Shown: positions 39,298 through 49,722, counted from the stretch's first letter. The stretch is DNA of 64,000 nucleotides from Abditibacteriaceae bacterium (GCA_965277285.1 OZ255721.1:2464001-2528000); one strand, 5' to 3'. Notes: generated by a model not told the origin, from the sequence alone. Made by a program: numbers and translations.

Positions 39298-42200
39298 GTT
39301 CCGCTTTGACCAGCGCGATTTCATCGTCGTCGTTCAAATGATCGTCGCCTTCGAGCCAGTGCAGCAACACGGCGCGCCATTCGCGCTTGGTGCGACACTT
39401 TCGCGTACTCGATTCAAGTTCCGGCCATAAACGCAGAACTCTACGGCGCGGACGAAACGCGTCATCCAAAAGCTGCAACGTGGCGGGTGTCAAAAGCGAA
39501 AGCAAAGTTGTCACGTCGCCGTTTTCGTTCCATTCGAGCAAGGCGGCGCCGTCTTCGCGTTCGCTTAAAAACTGACGCACCTTGTCTTCGCGCAAACTTT
39601 GCCGAAAAACATCCAGTCCGTTTTGTGCGATTGCTTCGATTTCGCGCGGATCGCGCAACTGCAAACGCTGTCCCCAACGCAAGCGGCAGGCAGCGCAAAC
39701 CGGCTCGTTCGACAAACGCCCATCGCGGCGGCAACCTTTGACGATCTCGTTTTGCAACGCGCTTTGCAACTCGTTCGCAAACGGAAAAGTGCGCGTTGCC
39801 AACGACGATAAAAGGTTCAACGCGCGCCATTCGTCGCTCTCTCCCAGGCGCCGATAAGTCGCAAAACGCGCCGGATTGTTCTGCGCCGCGTGCCATTCTT
39901 CATAGCGTTTCGAGTACTCGTTACGCCAACGAATGGCGTCCTCGGTCAAAGCTTCGTCGTCTAAAAACTGCTCGAAACGCGTCACCAATTCCTGGCGATT
40001 TTCGTTCATTTCCGGCGGCGCGATCAGTTCGGGATGTGTCAAAAACGAGTGCGTTTCCCACAAAATCGCGTGACGTTTTTCCAATTGCTCGATAATTTCG
40101 CGCCAACTTTGAACGACGGGCGACAACTCTGGGGACGACAACTGTGCGACGCGTGCCAAACTCTCCACGCCAGACGCGAGTTGCAAGCCTGTCGCAATCT
40201 GTCCCATCTCCGTCAGCGTTTCAGCCGCGCGCGTCAGGCTTTCGCTTGAACTCAACTTACGATGCCATTGATGCAAACGCGCCTGCGCCAGTTCAGTCGC
40301 GGCAACGATTTCGCTTTGCGCCGTTTGCAACAAGGAACGCGCCTGTTCTTGATTGGCAAATGACAATTCGCCCACAACCTCGCCACTCAAAAGCTCGACG
40401 ATTTGCGTCAAGCGCGCCCACGATTCTTCATCCAATAAACGGCCTTCGCGCAAGGTTTGAATCGAGCGACTGAGCGGCAGGCCGATTTCGTTGGGCGCTA
40501 AAAGCTGCCCGCGCGCATCGAAAGCTGCGATTTCGCCGCCGCGCAGCAAAGCGCACAGTAAAACTCGCGTTTGCAAAGGGTTCAAGCCCCAGGCGCTTTT
40601 TGCCAGATGCGCTTCAATCGCGCCCAAGGTCGTATTTTGTGATTGTCGCAGAACCATTAAAAGTTCGTTCGCCGCCGCGTTTCGAGTACTCGATGCGACG
40701 ATTTTCCAGCGCCCGCCCTGCTCGACCGCGGCTCCTAAAGGCTGCGCGATTCCACGAACAGTGCGTTCCAATGAGGCCGCGAAAAATGGCGCTTCGGTCG
40801 GGCGTCGCAAGGTTTCCAAACACAAAGCATCGGCGTTCGACGGCGTGAGAACGCGCAATCGTGGCGCGACTTCGGCGAAGCGCGGAAAAACGTTCGGCAA
40901 CGTCCATTCGGCAATCGCCTCAAGTGCGCTCGTCCAACTTTCGCCCAGCGGCAGTTCGCCCGCTTCAATAAACGCTCCGCCGCCGTTCGACAAACTGCCT
41001 TCGCGCAAAAGCCTGGCGCCTAATCGTGCCAGAGCGGTTTCGCGCTCGTTCAAGCCGCTTCGCAAATGTTCCAGCACGCCACGACCGCGCGCGTTGTCGG
41101 CCAGTTGCGGGTCATGCAGCAGTTGCGACTGCGCTGTGGCTTCGCGCGCTTGTTCCCATTCGCCCTTGGTTGCGCCGCGCGGAATCCACCAGACCAACGC
41201 GTTTTGCCAACGATGAATATCGAACTCTTCGTCGTGTTGCAGAATTTCCAGCGTCGCATCGACGCGTTCGCGCCAAGCGTCCGCCCAGCGCTCGGCGTCT
41301 TCGTGCGACGCATATCGAGTACTCGAAACGTCGCCCAAAACCGTCAGCGGCGGCACGATGAACAGCAAGAAGTCGTGCGCCGCATTCGCCTGAGTCAATG
41401 CGGCCAAACGGTTCGCCAGCGTTTCAATGGGCGGAACTTCGCTCGCCAGTTCGACGGCAACGACGCGCGGCGCATGAAGCCACATCACGTCGTGATTTCG
41501 ACTGCTCTCCAGCGACGCTAAAGGCATTTCTTCGCGGCAACAACCCAGCAGATAATGCGCGATGCGGCGGTCGCCAATCGGCAAGTTGTGCAGCACATTG
41601 AAGGTGAAACGTCGCGCCAATTCGCCCGCCCGCGCTTCGCCGTCAATGCCGTAACGATCCGCGAAAACGCCGTCGCGCCGCTCCAGCGACAAGCCCGCGC
41701 CGCCCAATCGCATCTTTTCCAGCAACACCTGCACGTACTCGTAATTGCCGTCGTTGGGCAAGCGCGCGTCCAGCAACAACGCATTCGTCAAAGCCGCGAG
41801 CGAAGCCGAACGCCCGCCGATTGTAAACAGCAAAACGCCTTTCATCAAAGCGCGCATGGTTTGCGCTTCGGCTTCGTCAATGGCGATGTTCCCCTCAATT
41901 TCCGGCCAGGCGCGCCACACTTCAACCAAAGGTTTTAAATCGGGAAACGTCGACAATTCGCTTTCCCAGAAATCGAACAAATCCGTGACAAGAACGCGAT
42001 GGCGCGCGGGGTTTTCCGTGTCGATGCTCTGACAAAATACGACCGCCGAGCGCGTGCGCGAACCGAAGCGCACTGCAATCGCGGCCAGCAAGCTGATAGT
42101 TGCAGGATGAAACGGGTAAAGTCGCTTCCATTCGTCGCGCCCAAAATCGAGATGCGGCAAGGCGCGCACGATTTCATCGTAAGCTTCATCGCAAAAACGC

Positions 42201-43051
42201 GCCAGCTTTTCCGCATCACTTGCGACGACCAAACGCCGTTCCACCAGCGATGGCAAATGCGCCAGCGAAAGCGGCAACGTCACGAAACGATCACGAATTT
42301 GCGACAGCGCATACGCATCCAAATCGCCGATTTCTTCGACGGTTTTCTGCAACGCCGCCACGATCCACAAGCCGCATCGAGTACTCGATTCCGCATTGGA
42401 AGATGTTTGTGAGCGCCGCGCGCGTTGCGCCATAAATTGCAAAAACGCTGCGTCGCCTTGCAGCGCGCGATGTTCTCGTCCCGACAAAAACAAGGACAGT
42501 TCATCGATGCAAACCACCATTCCGCGCAGTTCGCGCCGCGTTAAGGTTTCTTCCCAAGCCGCGAAGGTCTCACCGCGCGCCGCATTGGTCGGCAACGCCA
42601 ATTCATCGGGCGAAAAACCGCGTCGCGTCCATTCGTTTCGCACTTCGCGCCAGAAAATTTCTTCCAGCGAAAAGCGCTCCGCCGCGTAATCATCGAGCGA
42701 AAAATGTACGACAAAACGCGGTGCGAAGGTCTTCAGCGCGTTGTTCAAATGCGGATGCGAGTCGGCGAACGCGTCATGTCCGGCGCCGTCGCACAACAAC
42801 GCCACGCAACCCAGCAAATGACTTTTGCCCGAACCGAACACGCCATTGAGAAAAAACGCGCCGCCGTTAGCCGAAGACAACGAACCCAGCAACGTTTCGG
42901 TCGCGTGCCGCGCGCGATCATCGAAACCCAGATAACCACCCACGAAATCGCGCGTCGCAGAACTTTGTGGCCTCTCGCGCAAAGCGCGCACATCAGCGGC
43001 TTGAACAACGGAGGGAAAGCTGCGAATCGAAACCAGATCACAAATTTTCAT
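39242..43051 (-). CDS. Large P-loop ATPase, DUF6079 / BREX BrxC(PglY)-like
   Basis: Walker A GVFGSGKSHLL, Walker B VVCIDE, IRDRF, LYPFHP and a C-terminal C-x11-CAAC cluster. 1269 aa. Confidence 0.75.
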   Translation of the reverse strand: MKICDLVSIRSFPSVVQAADVRALRERPQSSATRDFVGGYLGFDDRARHATETLLGSLSSANGGAFFLNGVFGSGKSHLLGCVALLCDGAGHDAFADSHPHLNNALKTFAPRFVVHFSLDDYAAERFSLEEIFWREVRNEWTRRGFSPDELALPTNAARGETFAAWEETLTRRELRGMVVCIDELSLFLSGREHRALQGDAAFLQFMAQRARRSQTSSNAESSTRCGLWIVAALQKTVEEIGDLDAYALSQIRDRFVTLPLSLAHLPSLVERRLVVASDAEKLARFCDEAYDEIVRALPHLDFGRDEWKRLYPFHPATISLLAAIAVRFGSRTRSAVVFCQSIDTENPARHRVLVTDLFDFWESELSTFPDLKPLVEVWRAWPEIEGNIAIDEAEAQTMRALMKGVLLFTIGGRSASLAALTNALLLDARLPNDGNYEYVQVLLEKMRLGGAGLSLERRDGVFADRYGIDGEARAGELARRFTFNVLHNLPIGDRRIAHYLLGCCREEMPLASLESSRNHDVMWLHAPRVVAVELASEVPPIETLANRLAALTQANAAHDFLLFIVPPLTVLGDVSSTRYASHEDAERWADAWRERVDATLEILQHDEEFDIHRWQNALVWWIPRGATKGEWEQAREATAQSQLLHDPQLADNARGRGVLEHLRSGLNERETALARLGARLLREGSLSNGGGAFIEAGELPLGESWTSALEAIAEWTLPNVFPRFAEVAPRLRVLTPSNADALCLETLRRPTEAPFFAASLERTVRGIAQPLGAAVEQGGRWKIVASSTRNAAANELLMVLRQSQNTTLGAIEAHLAKSAWGLNPLQTRVLLCALLRGGEIAAFDARGQLLAPNEIGLPLSRSIQTLREGRLLDEESWARLTQIVELLSGEVVGELSFANQEQARSLLQTAQSEIVAATELAQARLHQWHRKLSSSESLTRAAETLTEMGQIATGLQLASGVESLARVAQLSSPELSPVVQSWREIIEQLEKRHAILWETHSFLTHPELIAPPEMNENRQELVTRFEQFLDDEALTEDAIRWRNEYSKRYEEWHAAQNNPARFATYRRLGESDEWRALNLLSSLATRTFPFANELQSALQNEIVKGCRRDGRLSNEPVCAACRLRWGQRLQLRDPREIEAIAQNGLDVFRQSLREDKVRQFLSEREDGAALLEWNENGDVTTLLSLLTPATLQLLDDAFRPRRRVLRLWPELESSTRKCRTKREWRAVLLHWLEGDDHLNDDDEIALVKAEPNESEALATGLSNNHIRL

Positions 43052-43166
43052 GCGCTCGCTCTGTTCAAGAATCGCGCCAATTGTAATATGAATAGATTAC
43101 TTTCGCGATGCGATCAGGTGTGCACTGTGTTATAGTGTCCGACAAGAAAGTTCCAGAGGCTCAAGA

Positions 43167-43670
43167 ATGAGAAAACTTACCAAGTTATTCCTGTCTATTG
43201 TTTTGATGCCAGCTCTGTTATTGCCCGCATTTTATCCTGGCTATTCAACACCAACTGCGGTCAAGTCTCGTTTGACTGTGGGAGATATTGCAGGTGATTA
43301 CATAACGACTGACCCGCATAGCAACTATAGGTTCGTAACCATTTCTTTTATTGGCAAAACGTCAAAGAAGAATGATCTGGAGCAAGGGGCTTTTAGGGGA
43401 CAAATAGGTAATCTACCTTTGGTTGGGCAAGGAATAATCTCGGGAGATGAAGGATATTTAGATAATTACGTAAATTTTGACTTCATGTTTTTGGAGCCTC
43501 AAGATGTAACTCTTTTGATGCACTCAAGATCTACAATGAGCAAGGGTAGAGTTAGCGGATTGCTTATCAACGAGGCGGGAACTTCTTCAAATGGAAAGCA
43601 AGTTTTACCCATCAAATTTCGGCGTGTTTCTCGCGTGGAATTCCTTGAATTTCAGCGCACGCATCGTTGA
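43167..43670 (+). CDS. Hypothetical exported protein, AT-rich
   Basis: Signal-like N-terminus. Visibly lower GC and different codon use than its neighbours. Confidence 0.7.
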   Translation: MRKLTKLFLSIVLMPALLLPAFYPGYSTPTAVKSRLTVGDIAGDYITTDPHSNYRFVTISFIGKTSKKNDLEQGAFRGQIGNLPLVGQGIISGDEGYLDNYVNFDFMFLEPQDVTLLMHSRSTMSKGRVSGLLINEAGTSSNGKQVLPIKFRRVSRVEFLEFQRTHR

Positions 43671-43729
43671 AGTGCGAACCATTAACTTTTTACCTGTAAA
43701 TTCCAAATCTTGAACTGATTTTCGATTAA

Positions 43730-44584
43730 TCAAATCGCGGTTGCCAATAGCGAATCCACCAGCGCATCAAGGTTGCCGAAGACGAGGCGCAGTTGAGTTC
43801 CGCGCGAGGCGATGAGTTGGTGGCGGCGCGCCGACTGGCAATGCGCTTCGACTTGCGCGGGCGAGAGCAGCAGCGTGCGCGCGAAATCGGAAACCGTTAA
43901 AGCGTCTTCAGAAACAGAAAAGTTGGGGCCGGTCGCGTGCGGCAGAAACTCATCGTAAAACGCCCACACGAAAGTGACCAGCGAAACATCGTGCGCGCTC
44001 AAGCGGAAAGCTGTCGGGTGGCCACGCAGTTCGCTTTGACGTTCGCGCGCGATCAATCCGGCGCCTTGCAGTACTCGAAGTGCGCGGTCAATTGTCGAGC
44101 GATTGGTGAAATCCCAACGGTCGCGCGCATATTCCAGAACGAAAGAGCGCGTCAAAATCGGCGCAGTCGAAAGCAGTTGCGCGCCGTTGCGAGCCGCGAA
44201 GTTCTCCTGAGGAACGCCTTCAGGCGCTTGTCCCAACACGCAAACCGGATAAAACAGTTCGCGCGCAATGGCGCCGACAATGGCATCGACTTGCGACAAG
44301 CGCAGGAACAACAGTTCGATTTGCGCATCGGCGCGACGACCACGCGCGACCAGACGGATGAACGGTTGTTGTTGCGGTGGCGGCGCGATGTCGGTTTTGG
44401 TGTGCTCGAAAAAGCGCTGCACGAACTTGGCGGCGATGCGCAGACGCGTCATTTCGCTGGGCTGCGACAAATCGGACGCGATGTGTTCGATCAGCGCGCG
44501 GCGGTCGCTGATTTTGGTTTTCTCGGCGAACTTGATGGCGCGCAGCGATTCGTAAGGATAAAACTCTTGCCCGAAAGATTTCAC
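43730..44584 (-). CDS. BrxA/DUF1819-like helical protein
   Basis: LSQPSEMTRLRIAAKFVQRF segment, wHTH-like STIDRALRVLQGAGLI, co-oriented upstream of the BrxC-like ATPase. Family call is from recall and context. Confidence 0.5.
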   Translation of the reverse strand: MKSFGQEFYPYESLRAIKFAEKTKISDRRALIEHIASDLSQPSEMTRLRIAAKFVQRFFEHTKTDIAPPPQQQPFIRLVARGRRADAQIELLFLRLSQVDAIVGAIARELFYPVCVLGQAPEGVPQENFAARNGAQLLSTAPILTRSFVLEYARDRWDFTNRSTIDRALRVLQGAGLIARERQSELRGHPTAFRLSAHDVSLVTFVWAFYDEFLPHATGPNFSVSEDALTVSDFARTLLLSPAQVEAHCQSARRHQLIASRGTQLRLVFGNLDALVDSLLATAI

Positions 44585-44731
44585 AAGGGGATTTTAACAA
44601 GCGAACCCAAAAACCGCAGAGACGCGAAGGCGCAAAGAAATTGAGAGGCAAAAGAAAGCGTGAAGTGCCTCTTCATTTGGCGTTTTGCAAAATCAGTTTG
44701 CAAAGAAAGTACGGAACTTTTGGAACGTTGG

Positions 44732-44819
44732 AGTTTGTCATGCTGAGCGCAGCGAAGGATTTAACAATAGTTTGAGGAAACTTACAGTAGATCCTTCGCT
44801 GCGCTCAGCATGACGAACT
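44732..44819. repeat. REP-like inverted repeat, family B
   Basis: agtttgtcatgctgagcgcagcgaaggat pairs with atccttcgctgcgctcagcatgacgaact. Confidence 0.85.
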
Positions 44820-44897
44820 TCTGCCTGGCGGATGTTGACACTTTCTTCACACTTCCAGCGGCTCTAAGGTCGATTAAAAGCACATCGAGTACTCGAT

Positions 44898-47333
44898 TTA
44901 AGCGGCGGTGACTTGAATGACGGCGACGCGTTGCCAGGCGGTTGTTGTGTTGTTGGCATGACGCACCAAGCGCACCCACACAATGTGTTCGCCCAACGCT
45001 CCGACCGCGATTTGCAACGGCAATTGGACGCGCAACGTTGCTCCGACGCGTGTGCCTTGCGGGACAACCAGGCGCAGTGTTTGTTTGGTGACGGTCAGCG
45101 ACGCGCCACGCGCATCAATCGCCAGAGGACTGGGCACGTGCCAGTCTTTTTCTGCCACTTCGCCTTGCGAGGGCAACGGACTCGGCGTAAAAAAGTCTTG
45201 CGGTGACACCAAAACTTCGATAAAACCCGTTTGCACGGCGACGGGCACGCTTTTCAAATCGGTTGTTGGCGCGCCGGTTTCGCCCGGAGAAAGCGGCGTG
45301 GTGAAAGGCGCACGAAAATCAAGCGTCAGCGTCGTCATGTTTTCGCGCTTGAGATGTGCCATTTCCACCGACGACTTGGCATGCTCGCCTTCATTTTCTC
45401 CTTCGTTGCGACGCATCATCGCAACGGGAAAAAGGGCGTTCAATATGGTCTTGCTGGCGACTTTCGAGTACTCGATGTCGGAAATCGGCGTGGCGGGAAG
45501 CGGCAAAGTACGGCGACTGGCGAGCCAGATCAAGCCGTTGGGCAACAGCGGCGTGAGCGGAAAGTTGGCGTCGATTTCGGGATAAAAATACGTGTAAGCA
45601 ACGGGGCCGCGCGCCTGCCATTCGTGCGTCAAAGCGGTGAAGCTTTGGCGTCCAATGCGTCGACGCAACGGAAGGCCCCACGGGGTTTGCACGCCGCGCG
45701 CGCGGTTCAAAACGAACTGCGCATACCAAAAACTCCATAGCGAGTCGTCCGAACCCGTTATAACAGCGGTGACTTTTTGCGTCGGAAACTGGCTTTGCAA
45801 ACGCTCCAGTGCAGTTGCGCGCTCGATTGCGGCATCGCGCGCGTGCAAGTCGCCATGACGCGTCGCCATCGGAATGGAAAGCGACCATTGCGCGAAGATC
45901 GTCGCGGGAATCAGCAACTTGGCGAGCGTTCCCAAACGCCACTGCCAACCGGAAGCGCTGGGGTTTTGCGCGTTTCGAGTACTCGATATTCTATCGTCCC
46001 AACGCGCGCCGACTTGCGCAACTTTGAGCAAAGCGGCCTGCAATCCGAAACCCATCCAAATCGCCAGCACGAGGTAAAACGGAAACAAAAAGTTCGCCAT
46101 CTCGCTGGTGGGAACGTTATAGTTGATCTCGAACCCGAGGTTGCACAACACGATCAAGGCGAGAGCAATGCCCAGCGCGCGATCCCGTTTCCAGCACGCG
46201 ACAGCGCCGGCTGGAATCAATAAAAACGCCCACAACCATTGCGCCAAAAGCTGTATCAGCAACGCGCCCGTTTTGCCTGGAATGGCGGACGGCGGTGAGG
46301 CGAACCACTTCATCACGAAATGATGTCCGGCAAATTCGACCGGCGTCGGTTGCAAAAACAAAAACTCGTATTGGTGCGCGCGAATATGCGCATACCAGCT
46401 CCCAAAGCTCGTTATGTTCGTCCAATCGAGAGGCCACCATTGGCCGTTTACCGGCGCGGGAAAAAGCGACGCACGCAACGGAAAATAAAGCGTCAGCGCA
46501 TAGGCCGCGCCGGTAAAAGCCAGCAAACCGCCCAAACGTCGCCACCATTGGCGGCGCGTTCCGAAAACGCCGCGATGATGTCCCATCGCCAAGTAGAACA
46601 AGCCTGGAAACGCGAAAATCCACGACATATGCGTGTTCAGCGCAAGTCCCGCCAAAACCGCCAGCGAATAAAGCCAGCGCCAATCGGGATCGTTTTCCTG
46701 CACGCTCTGGTGCCATCGCACGGCGCAATAAATGAGTAGTGCCGTCATCGCCGCGATCATCACATGAACGTCGATAATGACGGCTTGCGCGAACAAGAAG
46801 AAAAATCCCGCCAGCAACAAACTCGCGCCGATGCTTGACCAGGCAACTATCGCATCGTCGGGCGTACTGTCGTTTTGAGAAGTTTGGTTTTGAAAAGTGG
46901 GTGAAGAATGTGGCGTGTGTCTGCTATCGAGTACTCGAAGTAAAGTGGCGCAGGTCATTCCGACGGTGACGGCGCCACACAGCGCCGACAAGATGTTCAA
47001 TCGCCACGCGACTTCGCCCCACGGCACAAGGGAAGTAAAAGTGCGCGCCAGCGAACAATAAAGCGCGAAGCCTGTCGGATGACCGATGCCCAGGTTCCAC
47101 ACCGTCGCCGCGAATTCGCCGCAATCGCTGCCGTAAGTGACCGTCGTGGAAACATTGAACGCGTATAAGACAAACACGATCAATCCGACCAAAAACGGCA
47201 GACCGCGCTTGAAATCAAAAGACAGCGAGATTTTTGGCGAAGAACCTTTGAATTTTGGCGACACAGCAGTGTCCGCTGGGAGGCCAGCCGCAGCGCTCAT
47301 TTGCGTATGGGGAATTTTTTCACTCATGCGCAC
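44898..47333 (-). CDS. DUF2723 / TMEM260-like GT-C glycosyltransferase
   Basis: DCGEF...LGIGHPTGFALY N-terminal motif and many TM helices. Confidence 0.82.
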   Translation of the reverse strand: MRMSEKIPHTQMSAAAGLPADTAVSPKFKGSSPKISLSFDFKRGLPFLVGLIVFVLYAFNVSTTVTYGSDCGEFAATVWNLGIGHPTGFALYCSLARTFTSLVPWGEVAWRLNILSALCGAVTVGMTCATLLRVLDSRHTPHSSPTFQNQTSQNDSTPDDAIVAWSSIGASLLLAGFFFLFAQAVIIDVHVMIAAMTALLIYCAVRWHQSVQENDPDWRWLYSLAVLAGLALNTHMSWIFAFPGLFYLAMGHHRGVFGTRRQWWRRLGGLLAFTGAAYALTLYFPLRASLFPAPVNGQWWPLDWTNITSFGSWYAHIRAHQYEFLFLQPTPVEFAGHHFVMKWFASPPSAIPGKTGALLIQLLAQWLWAFLLIPAGAVACWKRDRALGIALALIVLCNLGFEINYNVPTSEMANFLFPFYLVLAIWMGFGLQAALLKVAQVGARWDDRISSTRNAQNPSASGWQWRLGTLAKLLIPATIFAQWSLSIPMATRHGDLHARDAAIERATALERLQSQFPTQKVTAVITGSDDSLWSFWYAQFVLNRARGVQTPWGLPLRRRIGRQSFTALTHEWQARGPVAYTYFYPEIDANFPLTPLLPNGLIWLASRRTLPLPATPISDIEYSKVASKTILNALFPVAMMRRNEGENEGEHAKSSVEMAHLKRENMTTLTLDFRAPFTTPLSPGETGAPTTDLKSVPVAVQTGFIEVLVSPQDFFTPSPLPSQGEVAEKDWHVPSPLAIDARGASLTVTKQTLRLVVPQGTRVGATLRVQLPLQIAVGALGEHIVWVRLVRHANNTTTAWQRVAVIQVTAA

Positions 47334-47427
47334 AGATTATGCGGTTTTCTGTGCGCATCTGGCAATACCACGAAGGGATTCAAAGGCGATCAAAGGTTTT
47401 TCTTTTGCCACATGATTTGTGGCTCCT

Positions 47428-47610
47428 TCAACCCGTGGCAGTGGCCAAAACAGTATTTAAGTTGTGATTCGCATTGTTGAACAAACTCTCGCGCACACCG
47501 CGCCCAAATACAGTGACACCAGCGACAGCTATCAAAGCAATTAACGAGATCAACAATCCATACTCCACTAAGGTCTGTCCTTCTTCTTCTATCCAAAAAC
47601 GCTTGATCAT
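47428..47610 (-). CDS. Flp family type IVb pilin
   Basis: EEEGQTLVEYGLLISLIA Flp motif with SD GGAGG. Confidence 0.93.
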   Translation of the reverse strand: MIKRFWIEEEGQTLVEYGLLISLIALIAVAGVTVFGRGVRESLFNNANHNLNTVLATATG

Positions 47611-47784
47611 AAAAACCTCCCTTATTTGCAAAGCGCCAGACTAATTATTGGCTGTCCTGGCAACTTCACCCGCAAATGGGCGAAATGGCGCTCCAAGAAA
47701 GGCTGCGTGTCTCCTGCATCTCGCAAGCCCTTACCTTTTCCGATATTGCAATAAAATTGCCTTATGTAAATAAACGTTTGGTTT

Positions 47785-47801
47785 TGCACGCAAGTAGCCA
47801 A
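47785..47801 (-). promoter_or_regulatory. Possible sigma54 promoter of the Flp pilin
   Basis: Minus strand reads TTGGCTACTTGCGTGCA (GG-N10-GC). Imperfect match. Confidence 0.3.
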
Positions 47802-48117
47802 CAAGGTTATTAACCAGTGGTGCGGGTTGTTAGCAGAGCGCCAAACCGATTCTTTCAAGCGTAGAAGGTGTTTTCTCTAATATTTTGCTCGCGGCAGATA
47901 TGAAACGTCGTGCGCGTGTTGCATTCGAGACGATGGTAGGTGAGTAATCAACTGCCCCAAACATGAGACGCAGATGCGCCGCTTGTCGCAAGCAACTTGT
48001 CGCAAGCAACAAACGGCGCGTTAACGAACATCGAGTACTCGATATTTAAAAAACTTGAATTTTCAAGCGTTTTTCAAATGGGGCAAAGATTCATCTACAA
48101 GACGATTTGCAGACACT

Positions 48118-49482
48118 TCAAGCAAGCAAATGGGGCTTTTCCTGGTAGATTTTCCAGAGCAGTTCGCCATAGATTGTGTTAGTCCAGGCAAACCAGGCGC
48201 GCGTAAAATCGCGCGGATCGTCTTTGTGGAAAGACTCGTGCATAAAACCAGTGTCGCCATGCGTTCTTTGCAAGCTTTTCAAGCACACGCGAATTTCATC
48301 ATCATCATCGCTGGTCAAGGCCTGAGTGATGAGGCTCATCGGCCAAATCATGTCCATGCCGATGTGCGGGCCGCCAATGCCTTCCGCATCCTTGCCACGA
48401 AAAAAGAAGGGGTTGTCTGAAGAAAGTAGGAAGCGGCGCGTGTTTTGGTAAATCGGGTCGGTTGCTTCCACGGCGCCTAAGTAAGGCAGCGAAAGCAAGC
48501 TTGGAATGTTGGCGTCATCCATCAGGTTATAGCTGCCAAAGCCGTTCACTTCGTAAGCGTAAATCGGGCCGTATTGAGGATGTTCGATAATGGCGTGTTT
48601 TTGCAGCGCTTCTTCCACTTCCTCGGCCAGGGCGCGCAATTCTTCGGCAGTGTTTGGATCACGGGTAATTTGCTCCATCATCTCAGCGGCCTGTCTGAGA
48701 ACGACGACCGCGAAAAAGTTGGATGGAATCAGGAAAGAGTAAAGCGAGGCGTCGTCGCTTGGCCTGAAAGAAGAGCAAATAAGTCCCACTGGCTTGACGG
48801 GATAGCCGTAACCTTGAAGCGGAAGGCTGTCGGTTGCGTGCCGCGTGTTCCTTTGAAATTTGTAAGGACCCGGGCCATTTTTGCGTTGCTGTTCGCGGAA
48901 AACTTGCAGCGTCGTTTTGATGGCCTCGTGCCAACGATTGTCGAAAGGTGTCACATCGCCGGTGATTTGCCAGTAATGGTACGCCAGCCTGATGGGATAG
49001 CACAAGGAATCGATCTCCCATTTGCGCTCATGCACGCCGGGCTTCATTTCCGTGAAATCGGTGTGCCAATCGCTAATTTCGTTTTCATCGTTGTGAAAAG
49101 CATTGGCGTAAGGATCTTTCAGGATGCACTGCGTTTGCTTGTTGATAACACCTGCAATGAGTTGCTGCAGAGAAGCATCTTCGTTGATAAAGCGCAGATA
49201 AGGCCAGACCTGCGCCGTGCTATCGCGGAGCCACATGGCATCAATATCACCAGTAATGACATAAGTGCTGGGCTTGCCTTCTTTCATTTCAAAGAAAACA
49301 GTTGTATCCAGCGTGTTGGGGAAACAATTTCCAAAAAGCCAGCCCAGTTCTTCATCTTCGACTTTCGCCTGGAACTCGGTAATGGCGCGCTCAACGGCGT
49401 CGCTTTTGAAACGTCGTGAATTGATTGGCACGCGAACGACGGGAAAGGTCGCGGAACTTTCGGTGGATGCTTTGCTATTCAT
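48118..49482 (-). CDS. GH125 exo-alpha-1,6-mannosidase-like glycoside hydrolase
   Basis: TGDIDAMWLRDS, ERKWEIDS, FRPSDD, MDDANIPSLL and FTRAWFAW motifs. Confidence 0.94.
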   Translation of the reverse strand: MNSKASTESSATFPVVRVPINSRRFKSDAVERAITEFQAKVEDEELGWLFGNCFPNTLDTTVFFEMKEGKPSTYVITGDIDAMWLRDSTAQVWPYLRFINEDASLQQLIAGVINKQTQCILKDPYANAFHNDENEISDWHTDFTEMKPGVHERKWEIDSLCYPIRLAYHYWQITGDVTPFDNRWHEAIKTTLQVFREQQRKNGPGPYKFQRNTRHATDSLPLQGYGYPVKPVGLICSSFRPSDDASLYSFLIPSNFFAVVVLRQAAEMMEQITRDPNTAEELRALAEEVEEALQKHAIIEHPQYGPIYAYEVNGFGSYNLMDDANIPSLLSLPYLGAVEATDPIYQNTRRFLLSSDNPFFFRGKDAEGIGGPHIGMDMIWPMSLITQALTSDDDDEIRVCLKSLQRTHGDTGFMHESFHKDDPRDFTRAWFAWTNTIYGELLWKIYQEKPHLLA

Positions 49483-49722
49483 AAAAAGAGTGGGGTTTCC
49501 TTGTGGTAGATATTTGCTTCGCCGACGGCAAAAACAAGAATCATCGTCTGGACGCAGCGGAACGCGCTTTATTTTATCTGGTTGATGAAAATGGTTGATG
49601 AACGGAGAGGCCTTGACGCAAACCCAGATGAACGCTCGCGTCAGTGCATATCAGCCACACATTTGTTCGTCGTTGGGAATTGATCAAGTTCACCAGAAAG
49701 TTTCCAGGTTACAGATAAGCCT

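Noticed and set aside
47620..47770. c-di-GMP-I (GEMM) riboswitch upstream of the Flp pilin
   Set aside because: A GAGA-capped stem is present but the GGCAAA...GACGCAAA and P3 consensus does not match well by eye. It needs an Infernal RF01051 search.
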